Assembly: GCA_025920425.1 (NCBI GenBank)
Contig: JAPDLS010000001.1
Span: 92,288 to 156,287 of the forward strand
Source: Candidatus Haiyanarchaeum thermophilum
GTDB lineage: Archaea > Nanobdellota > Nanobdellia > JAPDLS01 > Haiyanarchaeaceae
Reading direction: 5' to 3'
DNA length: 64,000 bases
The position numbers and the translations under genes are program-made. This document shows, piece by piece, positions 41,533-51,036 of this stretch (positions within the stretch are counted from its first letter, which is position 1; each line of letters opens with the position of its first letter). Below the pieces are notes generated by a model. The model was not told where the DNA came from, made no database searches, and worked only from the letters and a program-made list of their open reading frames with translations.

Positions 41533-43022
41533 GAGATTCGCCTCAATCCGATTTTTTCCAGCATCCTTTCTAACTTCTCATCAGAGATACTTGGCTCAGT
41601 TGAGACTTCGCACATTAGAGCTAAGTGTTTCCTCAGTCCTACGTTAATCCCTTCTGGAGTATGAGCAGGGCAGATTCTTCCATAATGTGTGGGATGAACA
41701 TCCCTAGCCTCGAAGTTTTCCTTTCCACTCGTGAGCAGAGATACAACTCTTCTCAATTGGGAGACGAGAATGTATTGATTCAACCGGTTAAGGGCTTGAC
41801 AGATCCCAGTCCTCTCCCCAACCCATTCCCCAGTTGCCATAGCACTTCGTATCCTACTAGTCAGTTGCTGAGCTCTTACTACAGTTTCAACCGATGGAAT
41901 TTTTCCTCTCCTTATGATCCTTTCCAAACTATACTTGATATCACTTACAAATACCCTAAACACGACTCTAAAAAGAGATTCCATCAGATCTCCACATAGC
42001 CTCAATCTCTTATTGGCATAGTGATCCTTATCATCCTCACTCAAACGATTTGTAGCTACCATGAGCAATTTCTTAATGGCCCTTCCCAAATAATATGCCT
42101 TGAATATCCTATCCTTCCTCTCAGATCCAAGGTGTGGAAGAAAGAACTTATCTAACATTTCAATACTTCTCTGGATCTTTACTGACTTTTCTTGAGTAAT
42201 TCCTATCTTCCTTCCAATGAATTCCAAAGCATCTTCCCTTGATCTAATATCAGCAGTGTGGTAAAGATTAAGATAGATCTCATTGAAGAATTCTTCCCCT
42301 CCACATAACTCTAGGATTTCCTTATCCTTCGTCACTCCGAGTGCTTTCATTATGATTGGGAAAGGTATCCTATGAACCCTAGCAAAGCTTACGAAGATAA
42401 TTCCATCTTTTCTCCTTTCTATCTCATGCACTACTGCCTGTCTAGCTTCTGAGAATATCTTGGCCACATAGGGAAATGGTCCATCCTTCCTCTCCACGAA
42501 GGGCTTATTCGGGGCCAGATCTTCTACAGTTACGATTAATCTTTCAGTACCATTGATGATAAAGTACCCTCCAGGATCATCTGGATCCTCTCCTAAGCTG
42601 ATAAGTTCCTCTCTACTTTTTCCGTATAAGTGGCAGTACTTGGATTTGAGGAGAATAGGGATAGATCCTATATACACGTGTCTGTTGGTCTCAAGCTCCA
42701 CATCATCTTTGATGAGGGTCATTTCCATGAAGAGAGGAGCTTCGTAAGTGAGATCTCTAAGTCTAGCTTCCATTGGATAAATAACTCTTTTAGTCCCATC
42801 AGCTTCTATAATTGAGGGAGGCTCCACATATACTCTGCCGAATTTTATCTTAAGGCTTTCACACCCTGGAGGAAGAATATCAGAAGCTACTTCCCCTATC
42901 TCATCCACCACTCTCTGAATTCCAAACTCCATGAACTTATTGAAAGATTCAATGTTATGACTAACCAGGCCTCTACTTTTGAAGTAAGCATCCAACAATA
43001 CTTTTTGGACGTGCTTATTCAA
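41529..43022 (-). CDS. rpoB2: DNA-directed RNA polymerase subunit B'' (N-terminal part of a split B subunit)
   Basis: 497-aa N-terminal homolog; its stop overlaps the rpoB' start by 4 nt. Confidence 0.9.
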   Translation of the reverse strand: MNKHVQKVLLDAYFKSRGLVSHNIESFNKFMEFGIQRVVDEIGEVASDILPPGCESLKIKFGRVYVEPPSIIEADGTKRVIYPMEARLRDLTYEAPLFMEMTLIKDDVELETNRHVYIGSIPILLKSKYCHLYGKSREELISLGEDPDDPGGYFIINGTERLIVTVEDLAPNKPFVERKDGPFPYVAKIFSEARQAVVHEIERRKDGIIFVSFARVHRIPFPIIMKALGVTKDKEILELCGGEEFFNEIYLNLYHTADIRSREDALEFIGRKIGITQEKSVKIQRSIEMLDKFFLPHLGSERKDRIFKAYYLGRAIKKLLMVATNRLSEDDKDHYANKRLRLCGDLMESLFRVVFRVFVSDIKYSLERIIRRGKIPSVETVVRAQQLTSRIRSAMATGEWVGERTGICQALNRLNQYILVSQLRRVVSLLTSGKENFEARDVHPTHYGRICPAHTPEGINVGLRKHLALMCEVSTEPSISDEKLERMLEKIGLRRIS

Positions 43023-43278
43023 CTATCACCACCCTATAATATTTAGTTTCTCCAGCGGTAGGGGAACTACGAGTAATTTCTATCACATCTCCAGGCTTAG
43101 CCCCAAGCTTCCGTACGACAGGATCCGTGATTAGAATCCTCGGGAGATCTGCGAGTTTGGCATTATATTTGGTTAGCAACTCTCTCTTCTCCTCCTCGCT
43201 AATGATCCTATGTCTAGGTACGAGTCTGTGGGTAAAGATGTCAAATTCTTCTTTATCTCTCTCCTCTATCATCTTCAT
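43015..43278 (-). CDS. rpoH: DNA-directed RNA polymerase subunit H (Rpb5-like)
   Basis: About 85-aa Rpb5-like sequence ([10 protein letters not shown]...[12 protein letters not shown]); the ORF-track N-terminus runs into tRNA-Lys, so the true start is MKM at 43278 or MIE at 43272. Confidence 0.8.
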   Translation of the reverse strand: MKMIEERDKEEFDIFTHRLVPRHRIISEEEKRELLTKYNAKLADLPRILITDPVVRKLGAKPGDVIEITRSSPTAGETKYYRVVIVE

Positions 43279-43400
43279 GGGCCGTGCGGGATTCGAACCC
43301 GCGACCACTGGGTCTCTTCATCCTCAGGTTCAGAGCTTTTATCTTGGGATAAAAGCCCAGTGCTCTTGGTAAGCTTTCTACCAGGCTGAGCTAACGGCCC
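43278..43400 (-). tRNA. tRNA-Lys (anticodon UUU) with two predicted introns: about 11-13 nt in the D-loop and about 36 nt at canonical position 37/38
   Basis: Removing both insertions gives a standard 73-nt tRNA-Lys (acceptor GGGCCGT, D stem GCTC/GAGC, anticodon stem CTGGG/CCCAG with loop CTTTTAA); canonical intron has a CUUU/GAAG central helix. Confidence 0.7.
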
Positions 43401-43539
43401 GAGATCAGAAGATATTCTGTCATCATTAAAGGGGGAAATACTCATAGCATTTTGTATGATAATAGAATATTTTTTAAATTTTACGGTAGCTAGATTCGTG
43501 AAAATCATTTTAAATGTGGTGAGTTATGATTTTTTTATA

Positions 43540-44241
43540 ATGATTTCAGTGATCATTCCTACCCTCAATGAAGAAAAATTAATAGGTTTTACCTTGAAAT
43601 GCTTGAGAAATCAAGATTTCAGTGGAAAGTATGAGGTAATAGTTGCAGACTCATGCAGTACGGACAATACTGTAAGAATTGCTCGGAAATATGCAGATAA
43701 AGTAGTAATCGATAGGAAGGGAGGTGTTTCTGCTGGGAGAAACTTAGGAGCAAGGGCCGCAAGGGGCGAAATCTTAGTGTTTGTGGATGCAGACGTCTAT
43801 GTTTTACCTAATTTCCTCTCAACAATCAATAAACATTTCAGAGACAAGAACTTGATAGGACTCCAAATAGCCCTGATGGCTACATCCTATCCACATATCA
43901 AATGGCATGTGCTTGGTGGTATCTTCCATAGGCTTTCCTTCAAGCTGAATTTTCCAATCGCTTCCACTGGCGCCTTCGCTTGCAGGAGGAAGCCTTTCTT
44001 CGAAGTGGGAGGTTTTAATGAAAAGTTGAGATTGGGAGAAGATGTAGATCTTGGAATGAGATTAGCAAGATATGCCAAAATTCATGGTAAGTACCTAAAA
44101 TACACTTCAGATACTTTTGTTATGGCCTCAACGAGAAGATTGGAGAAGTGGGGGATGATAAAAGTGCTTACGAGATGGCCATTAGGTTATTTCATCTGGC
44201 GTTTCTTTAAGAAAAATTTAGCTTACGATCCTATCAGATAA
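43540..44241 (+). CDS. family 2 glycosyltransferase (GT2)
   Basis: N-terminal SVIIPTLNEE and DxD-like VDADV motifs; start taken at the internal Met because the longer ORF overlaps tRNA-Lys. Confidence 0.7.
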   Translation: MISVIIPTLNEEKLIGFTLKCLRNQDFSGKYEVIVADSCSTDNTVRIARKYADKVVIDRKGGVSAGRNLGARAARGEILVFVDADVYVLPNFLSTINKHFRDKNLIGLQIALMATSYPHIKWHVLGGIFHRLSFKLNFPIASTGAFACRRKPFFEVGGFNEKLRLGEDVDLGMRLARYAKIHGKYLKYTSDTFVMASTRRLEKWGMIKVLTRWPLGYFIWRFFKKNLAYDPIR

Positions 44242-44451
44242 GTTTCTCAGCCCTATAATGAGGAGAAGTACTACAAGTAGTAACCAGAGAATAGAAAATA
44301 ATAAGATAGCCCTTACACCTGAAAGCTCCTTAAAACCATAGCTTAACCCAGTTACATTAGCTGTGAGGAAGGCGAGAAATAAGACTACTAAAATAGAGGT
44401 TACTAGTACTAGATCTCGAAATATAACTTTCCTTAAGTTATCCATCCCCAC
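44218..44451 (-). CDS. small hypothetical membrane protein
   Basis: 77 aa with two hydrophobic helices; no motif support. Confidence 0.25.
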   Translation of the reverse strand: MGMDNLRKVIFRDLVLVTSILVVLFLAFLTANVTGLSYGFKELSGVRAILLFSILWLLLVVLLLIIGLRNLSDRIVS

Positions 44452-44507
44452 CCTCGTTGTAGCTAAAAAGATGGAAGTTTAAAAAAGTTTCTCAGGATAG
44501 AACATTT

Positions 44508-45521
44508 ATGGAGAAGATAAGGATAAGTGGGAGAGTCTTGGAAAAGCTAAAGAAGGCACATTATGGAGTCTTCGGTCACTCGGCTGTGGAGATATGCCTA
44601 TGGAATAAGAAGGCGATAAGGGGAGAGGGAGTATGTTATAAGCGCAAATTCTTTGGAATAGAAACACATAGGTGTATGCAGTTCTCTCCAGCAGCTGCCT
44701 ATTGTGAGAATAGATGCATCTATTGTTGGAGGTTTTCAGAGTTCTATAGAATTTTGAATATGCCTGAGGAAGCTGTAGATGATCCGCAAGAGATAATTGA
44801 GAATTTAATGAGAGAAAGGAGAAGATTACTCTCAGGGTTTTTTGGAAATGTGAAGGCAAATAAGGAGCTTTTGAAGGAGGCAATGATTCCCAGCCACTTT
44901 GCTATTTCCCTTATAGGAGAGCCTACACTTTATCCCAAGCTTCCAAAGATGATCAAGTATTTGAAGTCCCTTCCCCATACGAGATCTGTTTTCTTGGTTA
45001 CCAATGGGCAGGAGCCACAAATGCTTAAGAGACTCGAAGCTGAGAGAGCCCTACCTACTCAACTTTATCTCTCTTTAAATGCTGGCTCAATGGAGAAGTT
45101 TAGAGAGATTAATAGACCCTTGCTTCCCGATGCATGGGAGAGATTCTGGGAAAGCTTGGAGTTCCTGAGAAAAAATGAAGTGAGAAGCGTGATTAGGGTT
45201 ACACTTATTAAAAGTCTTAATACTAATGAGGAAGAGCTTGAGAAGATGTGTGAATTGATAAAGGTAGCAAATCCCAACTTCGTGGAAGTGAAGTCTTACA
45301 TGCATTTGGGCTATTCCACCCGGAGACTCAGTAAGACTAACATGCTTACTCAACTTGAGTTGAAAAAATGCATAAATAAAATGTTAAAGCATCTTCGGTT
45401 TTTCAAATACATGGATGAACAGGAGGAATCTAGAGTCATAATCCTTCAGAACGTTGAAAGATTTGTGGAACGGTGGATTCTTAGACCTGAAGAGTCAACT
45501 CTCCATAAATTCAACTTATAA
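44508..45521 (+). CDS. taw1: tRNA 4-demethylwyosine synthase Taw1/TYW1 (radical SAM)
   Basis: GIETHRCMQ...CENRCIYCWR radical SAM region and the SLIGEPTLYP block typical of TYW1 homologs. Confidence 0.75.
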   Translation: MEKIRISGRVLEKLKKAHYGVFGHSAVEICLWNKKAIRGEGVCYKRKFFGIETHRCMQFSPAAAYCENRCIYCWRFSEFYRILNMPEEAVDDPQEIIENLMRERRRLLSGFFGNVKANKELLKEAMIPSHFAISLIGEPTLYPKLPKMIKYLKSLPHTRSVFLVTNGQEPQMLKRLEAERALPTQLYLSLNAGSMEKFREINRPLLPDAWERFWESLEFLRKNEVRSVIRVTLIKSLNTNEEELEKMCELIKVANPNFVEVKSYMHLGYSTRRLSKTNMLTQLELKKCINKMLKHLRFFKYMDEQEESRVIILQNVERFVERWILRPEESTLHKFNL

Positions 45522-45528
45522 TTCCAAT

Positions 45529-45601
45529 CGCCCCAGCCGGGATTTGAACCCGGGTCCCGAGCTCGACAGGCTCGGATCCTAGGCCACTAGACTACTGGGG
45601 C
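45529..45601 (-). tRNA. tRNA-Asp (anticodon GUC), 73 nt, no intron
   Basis: Cloverleaf: acceptor GCCCCAG/CTGGGGC, anticodon stem CGAGC/GCTCG with loop CTGTCGA, T arm CCGGG-TTCAAAT-CCCGG, discriminator G. Confidence 0.85.
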
Positions 45602-45684
45602 TCCGAAGAGGAAATACTCCTCCTTACTTTAAATTTTTATCCTCTAACCTCCAACATCATTATTTCCCACAAAAGAAATTGGAA

Positions 45685-45804
45685 TCCTGCGGGCCGGATT
45701 TGAACCGGCGATCTTCCGGTAACCGCTGAGTTTTGGTCATCGATACCAATACAGTTACTCCCAACTCTACAGCCGGACGCGTTACCGGGCTACGCTACCG
45801 CAGG
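45685..45804 (-). tRNA. tRNA-Tyr (anticodon GUA) with a canonical-position intron of about 45 nt
   Basis: C1:G72 acceptor pair, D stem GCGT/ACGC, anticodon stem TCCGG/CCGGA with loop CTGTAGA after removing the insertion, T arm GCCGG-TTCAAAT-CCGGC, discriminator A. Confidence 0.8.
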
Positions 45805-45876
45805 TCAATTATAATATTCCGCTTAGATCTTTTAAAGCTTTTCTGCAAATTTGGTCTTTCTGAAAAGTTTAAAAGA

Positions 45877-46485
45877 GTGGAAAGCTTTCCCAATAAAGTG
45901 GGGGGATGGCTATATTTTGAATTGAAACCATCGACCTTAGCCAGAATCATCGAGGCCTTGGAGGAGAAGGATGAGGTTTACAAGAGAGCTAGGATATTTT
46001 TTCCTTATGCTAATTCACCAGAGGAATTAAAACAAACAATAGGAGGCTTAGAACATTTAATTGAAGAGGTGGCTAGGCGAAGATATCAGGAAAATAGGTC
46101 GAAAGCTTCTATAGTCCCTCCTAAGTGTAAGGAGACGATAGAAAGTTTCTTTAAGGAAGAGGTAAAGAAAAATATTCCTTATCCAGTAGAGGGAGCTAAT
46201 CTTTACTTTTCAGAGTTCGAAAAATCTTTTCTCGTAGCAGTAAAAACTGATATCGAAGGATTGGTTGCAGCCAGATACGATGAGGATTTATTCGGATGGA
46301 GACTAACAAATATAGTAGTCACCCAAAAGCATGAGCTAGATCATGGAATAACCACCTTGCATGAAGGTGCAGCTTTATTCAATCTCCCCAATTTTTTGAG
46401 AAAATCTAAGCCTCCTTACGCTCCATTTTCCTACGAATTTGACTCCCTCTCAATTCCGATATCAAAAACCTTTCCAAAAAGTTAA
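45877..46485 (+). CDS. hypothetical protein, start uncertain
   Basis: Long ORF with no internal Met; its annotated N-terminus overlaps tRNA-Tyr, so a downstream GTG start (45877) is assumed. Confidence 0.3.
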   Translation: MESFPNKVGGWLYFELKPSTLARIIEALEEKDEVYKRARIFFPYANSPEELKQTIGGLEHLIEEVARRRYQENRSKASIVPPKCKETIESFFKEEVKKNIPYPVEGANLYFSEFEKSFLVAVKTDIEGLVAARYDEDLFGWRLTNIVVTQKHELDHGITTLHEGAALFNLPNFLRKSKPPYAPFSYEFDSLSIPISKTFPKS

Positions 46486-46511
46486 TATAGAAGTTTGTCA
46501 CCACAGCAATT

Positions 46512-46787
46512 ATGGCAAAAGTTACGGTTACTATCTGTGATATTTGCAAGGAGAGATTGGCCATATCCACTTGTCCAATCTGTGGTAAAGATCTATGCAA
46601 GACATGCACCAAGAACGTGAGCTTTAATCTCGCAGTCAAATTTGGGCCAGCATTAGAATTTTGGAAGGGAAATATGTGCGATGATTGCTTCAGGAAGATC
46701 GAGAGCAGATACAAGGAGATCATTCAAGAATTATCAACAAAAATTGAACCAGAAGTGGTAAATGTTGTGAAGAAATATTCAGCCTAA
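46512..46787 (+). CDS. small zinc-ribbon protein (four CxxC pairs)
   Basis: 91 aa with CDIC, CPIC, CKTC and CDDC pairs. Confidence 0.35.
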   Translation: MAKVTVTICDICKERLAISTCPICGKDLCKTCTKNVSFNLAVKFGPALEFWKGNMCDDCFRKIESRYKEIIQELSTKIEPEVVNVVKKYSA

Positions 46788-48161
46788 TACAATTTTAGCA
46801 TAGTTAGACTCAGAAGAATAGGTTTTTCCATCTACCTTGCACTTCAATTCGAAGGGTGGAATAGATATTTCCCCTACCAGTTGAAGCCTGCTTCTTACCT
46901 TGTAAGAGATTATCACTTCTTCTCCAGCAGAGATCTCAGGGAGTTCCCACCTTACTGTCCTCTTCTCCTTGTTTAAGATGGCCTTTGCACTGAATGCCCC
47001 AATTTCATGCACGAACTTGGGAATGACATCTATTATTTCTACTTCACTCAACCTCTTAGACGTAGTATTCCTAATCCTCAGTACAATTTTAGCTTCTATT
47101 TTATCGTCTACGTGTCTTTTCTCCACTACATTTTTCTCTAGGATAATGCCTCTCCTGAAATGCAGGAATACCCACCCAGCTACTATTATCACCACTGGAA
47201 TTAGGATGAGGGGGAGATAGGAAATCGAGATACGAATCTCTTTTTCCTCTCCGGGCTGGAGAGTGATTTCATAAATTATTTTGTCCCCCTTCCTCACGTA
47301 GTTAGGGGTGATCCCTGTTAAGAAGAGATTATCTAGGAAAGAGAGAGTGAATTCGAATCTGAATGTGGAGCTTTGAGTTCCTTCATTTTTCCAAGCATAA
47401 TAGATTTCCCTTCCGAAGAGACTTGTGATTTCCTCTTTAGCAATAGGAACCACTTTTTCATAACCCAGCACACTAAAGTTTAAGGAACTAGAAGCAGTAG
47501 AATTGAGGAAGGAAATGGTGAATACTAGAGTATAATCGCCAGGTGCCTGAGTATCGTTAAGTTTCAGGAGCTCTTGTAATACATAGAGAGCTGCAGGAGC
47601 TATGGGAGAGGTGACATGTTTCTCGAGTATAATTTTTCCGGAGCTATCATATATTTCTATTTTCTTCTCAGTGGTGTCTTCTTCTAGGTTAGAAAAGATG
47701 GATATCTTAAGCGATACAACTTCTCTAGGATCTATGGAGGTAGGAAAACTTAGGTTTAAGATCTTCACGTCCCAGATCTCTCCAGCAGCCACTTTAGCTC
47801 CGTAGAGCTTAGAATCATAGGATATATAGATCTTAAAGCTTACTTTGTTTGGGTATCTATAGGAGGAAAAGGTACTGATTTCAAGTGGCAAGTATACTTC
47901 AGTTCTGGGAGGGATAGAGAAGGCAAAGGCATAGGTAGTGGTAGTATAATTCCAGCGGACACCATATTCTGGGGAAGTGGGTAATGTTAAGTAAACAGTG
48001 ATGGTCGAATCCTCATTATTCCAAAATCTTAATCTGTAGAGAAATGTATCTCCCACCATTATCTTATTTTTCACATCAATTACTTCCACTTCAAGTCCTT
48101 TAGCACAGTTTAGCAGTAAGAAACTTATCGCCAATAATAGGATTATGCACTTCCTTATCAT
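46779..48161 (-). CDS. hypothetical surface glycoprotein with signal peptide and one C-proximal transmembrane helix
   Basis: N-terminal signal sequence, beta-rich ectodomain with several N-x-S/T sequons, hydrophobic segment LPLILIPVVIIVAGWVFL. Confidence 0.4.
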   Translation of the reverse strand: MIRKCIILLLAISFLLLNCAKGLEVEVIDVKNKIMVGDTFLYRLRFWNNEDSTITVYLTLPTSPEYGVRWNYTTTTYAFAFSIPPRTEVYLPLEISTFSSYRYPNKVSFKIYISYDSKLYGAKVAAGEIWDVKILNLSFPTSIDPREVVSLKISIFSNLEEDTTEKKIEIYDSSGKIILEKHVTSPIAPAALYVLQELLKLNDTQAPGDYTLVFTISFLNSTASSSLNFSVLGYEKVVPIAKEEITSLFGREIYYAWKNEGTQSSTFRFEFTLSFLDNLFLTGITPNYVRKGDKIIYEITLQPGEEKEIRISISYLPLILIPVVIIVAGWVFLHFRRGIILEKNVVEKRHVDDKIEAKIVLRIRNTTSKRLSEVEIIDVIPKFVHEIGAFSAKAILNKEKRTVRWELPEISAGEEVIISYKVRSRLQLVGEISIPPFELKCKVDGKTYSSESNYAKIVLG

Positions 48162-48212
48162 TTCCCTTCCTTAAACCACAAACCGCATAAAGTATTTAAA
48201 TTTTTTCAGCAC

Positions 48213-48830
48213 TTAGAAAAGTCCAAACTTATTCACGAATTCGTCCACTCTAGTATAAAGTTCAACCAAGGATCCATCATTCTCTATTTTATAATCTGCT
48301 ATCTTCTCCAACTCCTCTAGGTCGAATGTTTCCCTCTCAGCCAATTCTTGGAGAAGGAATTGATCGAAGTTCTTAGGATCTCCTTCCCTTCCTCGTTTAA
48401 CAAGTCTTTCAAATCTTATCTTAGGATCAGCATCTATTACCAGGAGCACTACCCTGTCATTTATGAAAGCCTGCTTAAGTACCTTTATATCTTCGATTCT
48501 TCTGATTCCATTCACCACTATCTTTTCGGAAGCTATGCTTTGAATTTTTTCCACAGCCCTTTTTCCCCAATATTCTCTTCCGAATTGTTCCACGTACCTT
48601 TTCTGGAGTTTAAGAAGATTCTCACGACTTGGCTCTAATTTGAGCTCATTAGCCAGATCTCGCACTAGATCCCCCATTATTATTTCTATGTATCCATATT
48701 TCTGAGCCAAATAATGGCTTACTACATCTTTGCCGCTCCCTATGGTTCCTGCGATTCCGACTATCTTCCTCACTTTTTCACCTATGGAGTAACTTTTCGG
48801 AAGGGGAAAGTTGTCCCTATACTTTTCCAT
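48213..48830 (-). CDS. P-loop nucleotide/nucleoside kinase-family protein (CoaE/NMP-kinase-like)
   Basis: Walker A motif GIAGTIGSGKD in a protein of about 200 aa. Confidence 0.4.
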   Translation of the reverse strand: MEKYRDNFPLPKSYSIGEKVRKIVGIAGTIGSGKDVVSHYLAQKYGYIEIIMGDLVRDLANELKLEPSRENLLKLQKRYVEQFGREYWGKRAVEKIQSIASEKIVVNGIRRIEDIKVLKQAFINDRVVLLVIDADPKIRFERLVKRGREGDPKNFDQFLLQELAERETFDLEELEKIADYKIENDGSLVELYTRVDEFVNKFGLF

Positions 48831-48886
48831 GAGATAATTGGCAGATATATAAATTTTTAAAGTTTGGACCTTTATTTCAACTATTA

Positions 48887-50083
48887 ATGATAGCTATTGT
48901 TGGAGTGGGAAGAACTAAGTTCGGAGAACTTTTCGAGAAACAACCTGAGGAGCTAATCGAAGAAGCTGGCTTAATGGCTTTGGAGAGTGCAGGAGTGGAG
49001 AAAAAAGAACTGAAAGCTTGCTTTCTAGCAGATTATTTCCTTCCCCTTACCAATAAGATTGGAGTGGAGGAAGGAATGCTGGCTGAAATGCTTGGAACTA
49101 ATATTCCAATGGAGAAATTTAGGAGCTTTAATGGAGCATTAGCAAATGCAGCGAATGCATTAGAGCTAAAAAAGTATGATGTGGTACTTGTAGGAGGACT
49201 GGAGAAGATGACTGATAGATTAGATAAGATAAGAGATGATCTGATGATCCTTGAGGATCCATGGAGCTTCCATACAGGAGCTACTCCAGAGGCAAATCAT
49301 GAGCTCCTAGCTAAGGAATATATGAAACCTCTCTCAGCTGAGGAGAGGAATAAATTCTTACATGCTCTTGGCTGGATCTCAGTGAAAAATCATGGAAATG
49401 CTCTTAAGAATGAGTACGCCCACTTTAGGAGAAAGATAAATCTAGAAGATGTCCTGAAAGCCAGAAGTAAGGGGAGGGTACTTGGAATGTATGACTTCGC
49501 CCCCATTTCTGACGGGGCTACAGCCTTAATAGCTACCCGTCCCGAACTAGCTGACTGTTTTGAGGAGAAAATTTACTTGGTGGCTTCAGGTTCCGCCACA
49601 GATTATTTGAGCTATCATGCTAGAGAGGAGAGAAATTCGTTAAGAGCTGTAAAATTAGCTTGTGCGACAGCTTTACACCAGCTTAAGAATCTCATAGGTG
49701 AAACTCCGGATAGGTTGCTAAACAAAATTAAAATAGTTGAAACATACGACCAGTCTACTCTTCTCGAACTCCTCTCCCTTGAGGATCTAGGTTTCGTTGA
49801 GAGGGGAAAAGCTTGGAAGATTGTATTCGAAAGCTTAGAAGGGATAAACAAGTTCCCTGCACCCTATAAGACAGAAGCGGGAGAAATATATTTCAACACA
49901 AATGGCGGTCTTAAAGCCGACGGAAATCCTCTAGGGGCTACAGGAGGGGCGCAAGTATTTGAGATCTTCAGACAGCTTACTGGAAAAGCTGGGGAAATGC
50001 AAGTGGATACAGAGTACGCCCTTTCCCTAGAATTGGAAGGATTTGGCACTAAGGCCTATGTAAACATTTTCTCCAAAGCCTAA
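48887..50083 (+). CDS. thiolase-fold protein, apparently lacking the canonical catalytic Cys/His residues
   Basis: Thiolase-like N-terminus IAIVGVGRTKFG and C-terminal GNPLGATGGAQ block, but no Cys at the expected nucleophile position and Asn in place of the expected His. Confidence 0.55.
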   Translation: MIAIVGVGRTKFGELFEKQPEELIEEAGLMALESAGVEKKELKACFLADYFLPLTNKIGVEEGMLAEMLGTNIPMEKFRSFNGALANAANALELKKYDVVLVGGLEKMTDRLDKIRDDLMILEDPWSFHTGATPEANHELLAKEYMKPLSAEERNKFLHALGWISVKNHGNALKNEYAHFRRKINLEDVLKARSKGRVLGMYDFAPISDGATALIATRPELADCFEEKIYLVASGSATDYLSYHAREERNSLRAVKLACATALHQLKNLIGETPDRLLNKIKIVETYDQSTLLELLSLEDLGFVERGKAWKIVFESLEGINKFPAPYKTEAGEIYFNTNGGLKADGNPLGATGGAQVFEIFRQLTGKAGEMQVDTEYALSLELEGFGTKAYVNIFSKA

Positions 50084-50089
50084 TTTTCA

Positions 50090-50177
50090 TGGACCGGCCG
50101 GGACTCGAACCCGGAGCCTTCTCCACTTCCGAGTACCCTCTGCGAAGGAGACGCTCTACCAGTTGAGCTACCGGCCC
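50090..50177 (-). tRNA. tRNA-Ala (anticodon CGC) with a 15-nt intron at position 37/38
   Basis: G3:U70 wobble pair in the acceptor stem, anticodon stem TCTCC/GGAGA, intron with UUCG/CGGA central helix, T arm CCGGG-TTCGAGT-CCCGG. Confidence 0.8.
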
Positions 50178-50197
50178 ACTAATGAAATTAATCTTCA

Positions 50198-50989
50198 TCA
50201 CTTAATAAATCTCACATATTTTACTAGTTTGGTTGGAGTCCTGCAGATCTCATCGATCCTATCTTTTGGGATCTGGAGGAAATGAGGAATCCCTCCATAC
50301 ACTCTTGTGGAAGAAATCGTAACTACCTTTCCTCCATGCGAAAAATAAATGCCATCTCTCGCTAAATTTGGTTGATGGCTCCTTATGATTAAACTTGCAC
50401 CCAGTTTTTTCAATACTTTTTCAGTTACGTCCTTCCCAAACTTTACCCCAGCGCCCCTCCAATTTGGTACCTCTCCTTCCTCATCTGGGTCGCTCCAAAG
50501 AATATCTTCCTCAACCTCTCTCGAGGGGACCCTAAGATCATTTATTCCACTTATTTTGGAGCTAATTCCTCCATGAAGAAGGAGAATTCTCCCATCCACG
50601 ATAGCAGCCAAATAAAGATTCTCCAAGAATGTTTTTAGCTTACTTCGAAAATAGGAGTACCAATCTCCAAATTTTCTATAGACTTCTGAGATTAATGTAC
50701 ATGGGGAAAAATTCGGAATTCCAGAGCTGGAGTAATCTTCATGATTGCCCTTTAACAATACAACGTTTTCAGCACTTCTCAACTTCATTAATTCTTCCAA
50801 TACTTCATAACCCATTTCTCCCCGGTCTGCATAATCTCCAAGAAATATAAGGTATCCTAGATTTGAATTTGCTAATATGGTTCGAAAGGAAGTATAATCC
50901 CCATGTATATCTCCAACTATAAGTAAGTTCTCCAGCTCCCCAAGCTCAAGTTCAACTAGTTTTCCAGAGTTCCTCCTCATAAGATCCAC
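50198..50989 (-). CDS. serine/threonine protein phosphatase (PPP-family metallophosphatase)
   Basis: GDIHGD, GDYADRG and GNHE motifs. Confidence 0.7.
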   Translation of the reverse strand: MDLMRRNSGKLVELELGELENLLIVGDIHGDYTSFRTILANSNLGYLIFLGDYADRGEMGYEVLEELMKLRSAENVVLLKGNHEDYSSSGIPNFSPCTLISEVYRKFGDWYSYFRSKLKTFLENLYLAAIVDGRILLLHGGISSKISGINDLRVPSREVEEDILWSDPDEEGEVPNWRGAGVKFGKDVTEKVLKKLGASLIIRSHQPNLARDGIYFSHGGKVVTISSTRVYGGIPHFLQIPKDRIDEICRTPTKLVKYVRFIK

Positions 50990-51036
50990 ACTTAGAAATA
51001 TTGTTTTTAAGTTTTTTCAAAATTTTTAAATAAGGG

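Noticed and set aside
43456-43539. Longer start for the GT2 glycosyltransferase
   Set aside because: The extension adds a hydrophobic stretch before the conserved SVIIPTLNEE start of the fold; the internal Met at 43540 fits the family better, though a membrane anchor cannot be excluded.
45733-45876. ATG-initiated N-terminal extension of the hypothetical protein overlapping tRNA-Tyr
   Set aside because: The first 24 codons lie on the opposite strand of tRNA-Tyr; a downstream alternative start is more plausible, so the gene was trimmed and given low confidence.
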